From the NCBI GenBank assembly GCA_037447605.1, contig CM074817.1, positions 1,736,001-1,800,000 on the forward strand: a DNA stretch of 64,000 nt, written 5' to 3'. A program made the position numbers and the translations under genes. Every line of letters starts with the position of its first letter. The stretch's first letter is position 1. This DNA is from Zygnema circumcarinatum SAG 698-1b. Lineage: Eukaryota; Plantae; Zygnematophyceae. Under the pieces are notes generated by a model that worked only from the letters and a program-made list of their open reading frames with translations, searched no databases and had not been told where the DNA came from. Below are positions 1 to 10,426 of this stretch, one piece after another.

Positions 1-368
1 CCGCACATGCTTTTGAAGCTTCTTTTTGTTCGAACAAAGGAATAACATTTCAATTGCTTTCATACTTAAATAAAAAAGAGCGAGTCACAATAGTAAGGAA
101 GGGCTCCAGCAGAGGCAGAGAAGGGAAATGATCGCCACTGAAACTTGAATTAGACTTTCCAAAAAGAGGCCCTCGTTTGATTAGCGGGGGCCAATTTTCA
201 GATGCTGCAATAAGGAAAGAACACGAGAAAAAGAAGGGAAGAGTGTTGGAAAGGTCTACCTCCTTGATACATAGGGACAATATGAAGTTACGCAAACGGT
301 GGAAGAACATATTGAGAATATGAGTAAACGCTAGCAGGAAGAGGTAGTCTAGTCACTCTTTCTTTCTT

Positions 369-399
<31 letters not shown>

Positions 400-450
400 C
401 TCTTCTCTTCTCTTCCCTAGAAATTTGTATGCCATACTCACGTGTTGCTC

Positions 451-2495
451 TTAGATTCCATGGCCTGAAGATGATTGTTCAGCTCCTCCAGTTTGGTCAT
501 CCGCATGCGTTCACTCTCAGTCACAATCTGCAAGCAGCCCTCCCAGGAATCTCCACCAGACCACTTTCACAATGAGAACCACCGTCACATGCGTACATTC
601 ACTACGCACATCTCGGTTTGGCTGGTTAACATGGAACACACATGGAGCGAACATACCAGCCTTGCAACATAGCGATATACTTAAAGACGCCCAAGACAGT
701 TTGACGAAACCCTTTTTCTTTTTCTTTTTTTTAGTTGTTTTTTTTTTTTTGCACAGCCTCTGCTATCTGCGCAGACATAAGGCTTTCACGTGCTGGGCTG
801 TCAATTGCTGCCCTGCTATCTTCTCAGCAACTTATGAGATCATTCTAGTTTATTCTTAAGAGAACATTGGCAACATTACTCAATGAATAACATATCGCAA
901 TCTGCTCACCTCGAATAGCCTTCCCACAAGCGCTGTCTTTTGTGCGCTCTTCTCATTGTACACCGTTACTGCATTCTTTAATTCTTTTTCCTGCAAAGAC
1001 ACAGAGTCAATGCATCCACCTCACAATTAATACCTTATCACTCGAACTCTGCAAGAAAAAAGTACTTTCACAAACAAAAGTCTTCCCTCCCTGCTCCCCT
1101 ACCACTTGCTACTAAGTGTCAACTATCCTTAAATGTCATAACACAATCGTTAAATCTGATAACGCAGATCGCCCTTTACTAACCTCTCCAAGCTCACCTT
1201 CCTGTCGCAGAGCAGCTTCATCGGCCGCAGCTCACGATCGACAAGCTCAATAGCCTTCCGTAGGTCTGCTACTTCCTTCCTAGTGGGATCCTCCAAAGCA
1301 TCGAGCTCCTGTTCACAGCGACCAGCTCCCTTTCATGAATTCTCCCTCCTCGAGTTCAAGAACAGGACTTTGTTTTGCGAGACTGTGAATTAGTTCTCTT
1401 TGGGACGCTGTAGGTCCTTTCTATGGCAGTATATGACTGCTTATCTTGAAGACAAACTCCAGAACTGCTTGAAATTTGAAGTGATTAGAAACACCTTCTA
1501 GAATTCGAGAACATCCATGCGCAAGTGGCTTTACACGACACCACAAACTTACTGCTCGTGGAAAGTGACTCCTCTTACGGCAACGCCAACCTGGAAAAGC
1601 CTCGTTTGACTTGGCCGACAAGCACATTAGGACCCTATCATGGCGTGCTGATCCTAGTGCGTCTGACATTAGTTTTCCTAGTGGCTCGAAATATTGGGTC
1701 TTGAAAGTTGCAAATGGACCGGTTATTCCTAATGTGCTTTAGACGATTATCACAGTAGGTTATACGCTAATATTCTGGTGCATTACCACAGCAGCTTCAC
1801 CAGCCATCTGCAAGCTTCGACATGGAAAAACGCATTAGGCATTACCCGTCGTAGCTCATCTAGCCGGCGGGCCTCTTGTTCCACCCGATTCACTTGTGCC
1901 CTAACGCGCTGAGTCACCTCCTGCTTTCGCTTGTTAATCTCCTTCTCTGTGATCAAAATTCTTTTCTCCCTCGTTTTAAGTTCCTCCTCCTTCCCCGAGT
2001 CATTCACTGAAAGCTCTTTCGGAACACTAAGAACCTGCGCCAAAGTACCATCGACAGATTTACCGGAAGAGATCCACTTCTTTTGAACCATTTTTTACAA
2101 AATGGGGCTTTATTCGTTGCAGCACATCCATCCTACATGTAAGAGCAGCAGATAAGCACGAGTAGAGCGTAGACCAACATGAACTAAATGCGGAACTTTT
2201 GCGGCTGCATTCGGTGTAAATGTGCCACCTGCCGAGTCTGATCCCATGCTTGCTTCTGGATCTCCAAAGCTCGCTGCCGCTTTTCCGAATCAGACCCACT
2301 GCTGCGCAGTGTTTCTCTTAAGCTCTGCTCCAAATTGGAGATATCTGCCACAGAATCAAGCGGACTGCTTGCACTGGAGGCGGACAAGGACCTTCCATTC
2401 ACTCCGACAGCTTTCGATTCGGAAGCAGGGACTTCTCCAGAAGGCAAATCGAACGGATTCTGATACTTCTGTGGGTAGGTAGGCGGAGGCGCCAT
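451..2495 (-). CDS. DUF662 / RAB6-interacting golgin (GORAB)-like coiled-coil protein, 5 exons
   Basis: GT-AG exons at about 2495-2230, 2034-1845, 1308-1198, 990-910 and 528-451 join in frame. They give KEEELKTREKRILITEKEINKRKQEVTQRVRAQVNRVEQEARRLDELRR-ELDALEDPTRKEVADLRKAIELVDRELRPMKLLCDRK-EKELKNAVTVYNEKSAQKTALVGRLFE-IVTESERMRMTKLEEL, matching the plant DUF662 pattern as I recall it. Stop TAA at 451-453. Confidence 0.8.
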
Positions 2496-2829
2496 GTGCG
2501 GAGCCCTGCTTCAGCTACGACCGCTGTCAAAACGAGCATCAATAGGTAAGGCAATATCAACAGACGATTCGACCACTGGAAGTAAACAGACGCGGTTGAA
2601 TGTACGCGGCTTGCTGCAAGGTGCAAGGCGCCGAGTGAAGGCACCAGACCTCAGCAGCAGCTGCAGCATTCTTTGTGCATGGCGGCTTCAGGGAGACGGC
2701 CCGAGAGTAATTGCTTCGGGATTCAATATGAGCGCTTTCACAGCCCGCCACCACCCCCTCTTCCCCTCTCTGCCACCCCCTCACCTCGCCACTAACCCAC
2801 TCCAGCGGGCCCTCAACTGCTTCACCCCT

Positions 2830-2940
2830 CATACCATGAGCGGGGGGGGGGGTGGGCATGCCATGCCTCCATGCGGCCATGCTGCCATGCCATGCCTCCA
2901 TGTCAATGCCTTCATGATATGCCTCCACGCCATGCCATGA
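2830..2940. repeat. Degenerate (CCATG/CCATGC)n low-complexity repeat
   Basis: Many ccatgc/gccatg units are visible; the same motif recurs at 9946-10027 and about 40560-40870. Confidence 0.7.
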
Positions 2941-3006
2941 CAAACGCGGGGATGAAAACATAAACACATACGTACATTGCAAACAAGCGTGCAGCATCTG
3001 GCATTG

Positions 3007-3455
3007 CACGGGTCGGACCAATGCTGCATCATTGACCATTGGGTCAACCATTGGACTGGCTGCGAACCGTTTATTCTCGACCTAGCCAATCACTGCCAAT
3101 GGCTAGCAGACATTGAATCCAATGGTTGCGAACCATTGATTCGCGACCCAGCCAATTATTGCCAGTTGCAACCATTGGATTCAATGACTACCAACAATTG
3201 GAATGGCTGCAAAACATGGATTTGCGACCCAGCCAACCATGGCCAATTGTTTGCAATCATTGAATCCAAGGGCTGGAACCATTGACTTGCGACCCAGCCA
3301 ACCACTTGAATCTTTGCCAACCATTGATTCGCGAACTAGTCAACCATTGCTAATGGTTGCAACCATTGGATTCAATTGGTTGCGAAATATTGATTCACGA
3401 GTCGCGACCATGCCAACCATTGCCGATGGGTCCAACCATTGGCAACCATTGGTCA
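3007..3455 (+). mobile_element. Decayed relative of the 21373-22301 element (AACCATTG-rich repeats)
   Basis: Starts CACGGGTCGGACCA, 13/14 identical to the left TIR CACAGGTCGGACCA at 21373. Degenerate aaccattg/caatggtt repeats follow. No right TIR or TSD found. Confidence 0.5.
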
Positions 3456-3477
3456 TTTTTGACGATTCATTTGTACG

Positions 3478-3670
3478 GCCCGTTGACCGGCATCAAACCC
3501 TAAACCCTGCCCCTCACCGCCCACTCTAAAAGCCAGCTGCCACGTGCCGGACTGTGACTGGTTCACGTGGCTCCGTACAAATATTGTCTGTGGCATTAGG
3601 GCGGCTCTCCCACCCCGTGCCACGTCATCTAGCGCGTGCGGAGGCGGGTGACCGTTGACCCGGCCGTTGC
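3478..3670 (-). promoter_or_regulatory. MSA-like (AACGG core) elements upstream of CDC20, plus a telo-box-like AAACCCTAAACCCT at 3495-3508
   Basis: CCGTTG cores at about 3480, 3652 and 3664 (reverse strand tcaacggg, tcaacggtca, gcaacggcc), 440-630 bp upstream of the CDC20 ATG. Confidence 0.4.
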
Positions 3671-4107
3671 TGCCGCTTTTCACGGAGGGCGCGCCACGTG
3701 CCCCGGCACAGGCGGGGCCCGCCGTCGGTACTTCCCTCCCTCTCTCTCCCTCCCTCCCACCCTCCCTCCCTTCCGGCAGACCGTTCTGCCTCTCTCCTCT
3801 GCACTGCTCAGGCGCAGCCCCTGCGGGGACTCTGCCAGACTGTGTCTCCCTCCCTCCCTCCCTCCCTTTCTGCTTCACTTGCTACTGCTCATGCGAATGC
3901 GTACTTCCTGTTCCTCGTCCTTGTGCTGTTTGGTTTCTTGCTTGTCGGCGGTGTTGTCTGTCGGTCTGTCTTGTAAATTCTGTCGCATTGTTGAATCTGC
4001 ATCAGCGTTTGAGTCTGCGTGTGAAGGGTTCTGCTTTCTGCTTTGTCTGTTTCGGCGGGGTGTTGGTTCCTTGCTTGTAAACGTTTTGGGGTTTCAAAGA
4101 AGAGAGA

Positions 4108-7100
4108 ATGGATACTCCTGCTACGCCAGGCCGCATGGGAGAAACGCTGTGGGAGCGGCGCCGCATGGGGGGCGAGGCATGTTCTCCCGCTCCCCTCTCC
4201 TTCGCCAGCCCTGCCCGGCAACATCGTTCGAGTGGAAAGACACCAAAGCGCGACATGCAGGTGGGAATTTAATTTCTCCCTCCACCATTTCTACTGCGCT
4301 TATGCTAATGTGAAGGTGAATTTTGAATGCACTCGGAAGCGATTGGAAGGTGATGCTGCCTAGGTCACACATTGAGTTCATTCGTGGCGAGAAACAGAAT
4401 GACTTAATTCTCATACTCGCATGTTGGAGGAGGTTCGTACTGCGATCTGAATTGCTGTTTGAACGCTCTCTGAGTGCAGGGCGATCGCTTTATCCCGAGC
4501 CGCAGTGCGATGGACCTTAATGTGGCGCTGTTTTCTCTTAAACATGATCTGGCAAAGGAGAATTCAAATCAAGATAACATGGTTTCTATCTCATCCCCGT
4601 TGAAGGTGTGTGCGTTCTCTCGACTCTCCACCTAGACCTCCATTCGTCTGCTCACCTTAAAGGCTATGCATGTTTTTATAACAATATCAGTGGGCCATGC
4701 CGTAAAGGAAGCGCAGTTTCAGCATGTATTGAGGTATCGATCAATCAGGCAAAGGAAACATAATGTTGAACAACCAGTGAAGTTTACATATATCTCAACA
4801 GAGTCAAGCTGAAGCAAGGTTTGACCGTACCACGAGAAACGCCATTAAATTAGATTAAAGGGAGCTGCGCAAGATTCTACGCAAAGGAAATGTAAAATCT
4901 GTTTTAACCTCTTGAACAGATTAATTAATTAATAGGAAACTCATTTAATTTAATTTTATACATACGTATGCTTCTTATTTATTTTCCTTCGTCAACCTAA
5001 ATAAGTAGTCGATTTCTTTAATCAAGTTAAATGAGTAACATTAACACCAAACCACAGCGGAATTCGGTGTTTAACTGAACTCTAACCTCTTGAAAAGGTA
5101 ATCAAGCTGCAAACCATAGTCAAAGAATGCATCCATTTAAGCTACCTCAGCAAACTACCAGCCAACCCTGCATCCCTCCAGCATTGCCCCACGGATGAGC
5201 CGCTCATTTCCTCTTTTCTGGTTGTGTAATTTTTAATCTTTTAATTTGGGAGACCACTCAGCACCCAGTCCCACACAATGCTTCTTTGTCAGTGAGCAGC
5301 AGCTCCTCTAGGCCTTGATTCCCCCATCCCTCTTCAAGGAGACTAACCACGAGACTCGTGCCTTGTGGGTGGACAGGAGGATTACAAGCGGAAACTGGCA
5401 GAGAATTTCTTACAGCCCGGGACTCCCGGGCAGAGCAAAATCCTAGCCTTTAGAAACCGGCCCTCCCCCCCCACACCCGGACATGAAAGTCAGCTGCGCG
5501 ACCTCTACGCCTCCTCCGCCACCTCTGCTCAACCGCGCAGGACATTTCGCCAAGTGGCACAGGTCCTCCCTCTGCCCTCCCTCTCTGCAATTCAACCCCA
5601 ACGAACGCAACATAATCGCTTGCCTCCCTCCCTCCCTCCCCTCCTCCCTCCCTCCCTCTCTCCCTCCCTCCCTCTCTCCCTCCCTCCCTCCCTCTCTCCC
5701 TCCCTCTCTCCCTCCCTCCCTCCCTCCCTCCCTCCCTCCCTCCCTCCCCTCACAAAAGCCCTGTTCTCTGCAGTGCTCTGAGCGCATTCTGGACGCCCCT
5801 GAGCTGGTCGACGACTACTACCTGAACCTCCTCGACTGGAGCTCCCACAACCAGGTGGCCGTGGCTCTGGGCACCACCGTGTACCTGTGGGAGGCGGATA
5901 CGGGCACCATCCAGCTGCTCATGCAGACGGACGCCGCGGACGACTACGTGACGAGCGTGTCCTGGGCCGCGGATGGGCGCCACCTGGCTGTGGGCCTAAA
6001 CAGCTGCGAGGTGCAGCTGTGGGATGTCAACCGACTGCGACAGGTGGGTGGGACTGGGGGAGGGAGGCAAAAAAGGGTTCAAATAAGGGTTCAAATAGGC
6101 ACAAACAAAGAGAGTATAATATAGTATCTACATAGTATAGTGTAGATATGTTGTGGTTGGAGGCCGGGCTGAGTCACTTCGACATGTGCTATGTTATGAT
6201 TACTTTTTCATTCACAGGGGGAGGGAGGGGGGGTGTAGGAGGTTTAAGTTGAAGGCGATTCGATTATTGATTGATCGAGAGAGAGCATGGGGGGGGGTTC
6301 AGGTGAGGAGGATGGCAGGTCACCGTGCTCGCGTGGGAAGCTTGGCATGGAACGGACCGGTCCTCTCGTCGGGAGGGAGAGACTCCGTCATTCTCAACCA
6401 TGACGGTAAACAGCCAATATCTGTAATACGATGCAAAGCAAAGCTTTCTACTTTCTACTTTCTTTCCAGAATCTTGTGACATTGGCAGTTCAAACTCGAC
6501 CTCTTACCACCGACCCTGTTGATGTTTCCTTGCCAGTGCGCATGCGTGAGCACGTGGTTAGCCGGTTGACTGCTCATGAGCAGGAGGTCTGCGGTCTCCG
6601 CTGGTCAAGAAGTGGTCAGCAGCTCGCAAGCGGAGGAAACGATAACCGTCTCTTTATTTGGGACGCAGCCATGACCTCCTCCTTCAGCAGTCCTGGAGGA
6701 GGCTCACCAGCCGGCTCTCCCCCCGGAGGTAACCCTAAAAATGCATTAAAAAAAAAAAAAAAAATGCATCAAAAAAAAAAAAAAAATGCATCCCTATTGC
6801 CATGCTTCTTCCCTGCTCCTCTCATGCTCAAAAAGAGTCCCTTAATGCCGTGTAGGAGTCCTTGTTCGAATGCCGTTGGAGCCGACGGGAACGGAACTGA
6901 AGTGAAGGGTGGTTGCATGTGCGCAGGCAGCCGGTGGCTGCACCGGTTGGAGGCACACACGGCGGCGGTGAAGGCCCTTGCGTGGTGCCCCTTCCAGAGC
7001 AACCTGCTCGCCTCGGGTGGGGGCACAGCCGACCGCTGCATTCGCTTCTGGAACACGCACACGGGGGCATGCCTCAGCTCCGTCGACACGCACTCGCAGG

Positions 7101-7261
7101 CACGAAAGAGAAAGAGAGGAGAGAGGGAGAGAGGAGAACGAGAGAGGGAGCGGCGGGAGAGAGGAGAGGAGAGAGAGGAGAGAGAGGATGAGAGAGAGAG
7201 GAGAGAAAGAGAGGAGAGGAGAGAGAGGAGAGAGGAGAAAGAGAGAGGAAAGAAGAAGAGA

Positions 7262-7333
<72 letters not shown>

Positions 7334-7885
7334 AAGCGCGCTCCTGATAGGACGCGGGTTACAGGTTAAAGGACAGTTTTTAAGTTTTTTTTTTGTGGGA
7401 GTTTTCACGTGCAGGTGTGCTCTCTGCAGTGGTCTACGCACGAACGAGAGCTTTTGAGCAGCCATGGCTACAGTCAGAACCAACTGTGCCTCTGGAAATA
7501 TCCCTCCATGACCAAAATGGCTGAGCTTACAGGCCACACTGCGAGAGTCCTGCACTTGGCGCAGGTGAACCGAGTTCATAGTAAACGACTTGCAGGCAGA
7601 CACATAACAGTGAAAAGAAAAACCTCATACTTTCACCTTGCTCTAAAACCTCTATTCTTTAGTGGCCGCCCAGAAACTTCTAACCTTAGTCTTTCTTGAT
7701 CTGATAAACGTACTTCTCTGTTTGAGCTGCAGAGCCCGGACGGCAACACTGTTGTGTCTGCAGCTGCTGACGAAACTCTCCGTTTTTGGAAAGTTTTCGG
7801 GTCTCCGGAAAAGAATCAGAAATCCGCCAAAGGGAAGGGAGTAGAGCAGCCCGGATTGGCCCTCAAACGCATGAACATTCGGTAA
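4108..7885 (+). CDS. CDC20: Cell division cycle 20 (APC/C activator, WD40), multi-exon
   Basis: Contains C-box DRFIP (about 4483), KEN (about 4555), Mad2-binding KILAF, WD40 repeats ([19 protein letters not shown]; GGNDN; [33 protein letters not shown]; [17 protein letters not shown]; ADETLRFW) and a C-terminal IR tail (MNIR*). The exon phases I traced are consistent. Confidence 0.95.
5623..5750. repeat. (CCCT)n intronic microsatellite
   Basis: Pure pyrimidine tract inside the CDC20 intron between RQVAQ and CSERILD. Confidence 0.9.
7105..7330. repeat. (GA)n/purine intronic microsatellite
   Basis: Purine tract inside the CDC20 GC-AG intron 7100-7414. Similar tracts lie at 8192-8284 and about 14594-14720. 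Confidence 0.9.
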
Positions 7886-8570
7886 TGGGATAGAGACACA
7901 GTTCACATCCGCGGCAAAGGATGAAGGTTCACGGGACGGACTCGGATAGAGAGCGCGAGATTGAGGTAAGATAGGTTTGGGGATTGTGAAAAGATGTCTC
8001 GTCCAAATGCTCGTGCTATGTGCTTTGGGTGGTATATCTAACTTGTGTGTTTTGTGTGTGTTTCTCAGTGTCACTTCTGAGTAGAGGAGATGGGCTTCAG
8101 TCACTCAGACTCCTGTTCGGTCAGCGCTCAGTACTTGACGACTTGTGCCATAATAAGCGGCAGGTGAGAGAACTGCCAACGTATATATATAAGAGGGAGA
8201 GGGAGAGGGAGAGGGAGAGGGAGAGGGAGAGGGAGAGGGAGAGGGAGAGGGAGAGGGAGAGGGAGAGGGAGAGGGAGAGGGAGACGTTTTTTAATTCCTC
8301 AAGCCTCTGCTTCACAGCACAGCCATTATCTACCCCCTGTGGGTCGCTATATTTTCGCATTAACAAGTTCTGGTGGGGAATGGTAATCGACAGGCTCAAT
8401 CTGAGAGTACGTCAGACAGACACGTGGCGATCTTGCACTATTTCAACCCCACCATGCTGTTTTCGCCTTGTGATTTTCTCAAGCGGTTTGAGCGAATGAA
8501 ACTTGTTTACTTTCGGCGCTCTCCTCAGAAAGGTTGACGTCGCTTCCCTTAAGCCCTCGTTTTCCGTCCC

Positions 8571-8597
8571 TAAACCCTAAACCCTAAAACCTAATCC
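8571..8597. repeat. Short interstitial plant-telomere-like (TAAACCC)n / telo-box
   Basis: taaaccctaaaccctaaaacctaatccc; only 2-4 units. Confidence 0.5.
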
Positions 8598-9849
8598 CGT
8601 CTCCATTTTCACCCTCCGCTTCCTTCTCACTTCATTTGTCCGCTGGTTGCACTTAGTTCCCTCAAGTACTCGCCTCTCGGTGCGCACCTTTCCCTTTCTA
8701 CCTTCACCTCGAACTTTTCTTCCCCCCATTCTTGAGGTTACTCGTTCCTTTCTCTCTCTTCCTCTCTGTATTCTCTCCTTTCTCTTTTGTTGCTTCCTCT
8801 CTGTCACATATCACCTCGAACCTCTCTCTTCCTCCTCTCACGCCCATTCAATGATTCCTCTGTCCTCTGTTTTCCTGCTTCTTCTGTTATTTTGTTGTCT
8901 TCCTCCCATCTCTCGTCTCCCCATACTCGGCCTGAATTCACTCGCTTGTTTCCTCCGCTTCGTTCTTATTCTTCACTTTCCAGTCCTCCACTCGTTCTCT
9001 TTGTCTTTGCCATTCTCTTCTTCCTCTCTCCCTCCCTCCGTCCTTTCTTCTGCCTTGTTGTGCCTCGAAAGCCAACACTCCTTGACTCTCACACCTCGTT
9101 GCCTCCTCCTTCCGTCAGTAGTCACTAACCCTAATCCGTTGCATGATGTGCATGGCCGGTTCACTGCTCTCGTGGTGACACAATATTTGTTTTTCTTTCG
9201 GCAAAGTGGGAGCTCGTCAAGCAAGTGGCGAGAGGGCGCTGCGAGCGAGCCGGAGGGGAGAGCCATTGGTTGGCGCAGCCATTGGAAGGCGAGCCTGTTC
9301 AGTGTGGCCTGTCCTCGCCGGGACTATTTATGAGCTGGGAATACTTGCGAGGAGCGTCTAGCAAAGAAACCTTCTAGGGTTTGAAGTGATTGCACAATGT
9401 TGGCGCTCAAAATGAAAAAGCGTAGCAACTATGTGCTGGTTGCGTGGCCCAAAGTCACCAAAATCTTAAAATGTTACAGCCTTGCGAGGCTAGTGACAAA
9501 GGACCAAAGGACCATTGGCGTGACCTTGAGAGTAGCGGATCCTCCATCCAGGAGCGTCTTCATCCAAGTCCTCGCGTAGAAGCTGGTGCTAGTTTATGTT
9601 TATGCGCCACTCCGTTGCTTGCAAGCACAGTCCTTGCACGCACCGGAACATTCTTCATGTCCAAAGCTTGTCTCATGAAGTGGTGATGAGTGCTATGGCC
9701 AGCGTTGCTTGAGAGTGCGGCAAGTGGAAGTTAAAACTTCATATGCGTGTGTAGGGCACACAGGAGGCCTCACCTTTAGGGTTGCGGGCACGCCCACCAT
9801 CACGACCCATGCATGCCCCGGGGCATGTGCCCTCACTCCGCATAGTAAC

Positions 9850-10027
9850 TACGCCAACCATTGGAATGGCTGTAAAGGCAGCCAACCATTGATTCAATAT
9901 TGGATGGGTGCAAAGATCGCCAACCATTCCAATGGTTCCGAACCCATGCCCCCCCATGCCATGCCCCCCATGCCATGCCCCCCATGCCATGCCCCCCCAT
10001 GCCATGCCCCCCCATGCCATGCCCCCC
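9850..10027. repeat. AACCATTG-type repeats followed by (CCATGCCCCC)n
   Basis: Same two motif families as 2830-3455; lies about 400 bp upstream of the VPE ATG. Confidence 0.6.
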
Positions 10028-10426
10028 CGTCAGCCCGCCCTCGCACGGCTGCCAGCCTCCGCATACGTCATCATCTGCACGCAGCGCCCGCCACGTGGCG
10101 TGCCGGACACTGTGCAAACCGTTTTTACAGAGATCGGGTCCTTTACCCGCTTCCGTACAAGGCGACCGTCGAGACGCCTCCGTCCGTCCACGTCCGTCAG
10201 CGGCGGATCGCTGCGCTCACTTTCGGTTATTTCTTCCCGCTATAAACAGTCTGTGGGTTAGAAATGACGTCACCAACCGGACGTACTGTCAACGTTTGTT
10301 CGAGCGTCCCGTCCTTGAGCTCTGCCTCGGCTTCATTTCTTGCCCGCAGCGCTGCCCTCGTGCTACAAAGGGGGGGAGGGAGAGGAAAGGTCTTCTTCTA
10401 AGGAGGCGGTGGAGCTGCAGATCGCC

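Noticed and set aside
8121-8560. Possible small minus-strand gene (...KQRLEELKN-FSHLPLIMAQVVKY)
   Set aside because: It needs a 54-nt intron with weak donors and has no start codon or homology; the plus-strand splice signals (CDC20 3' UTR) are stronger.
8571-8597. Chromosome end or fusion scar
   Set aside because: Only 2-4 telomeric units; short telo-box motifs are common in plant genomes.
8600-9330. 228-aa hydrophobic + ORF and charged - ORFs
   Set aside because: Low-complexity CT-rich sequence; the minus frames are broken by stops; no recognisable motif.
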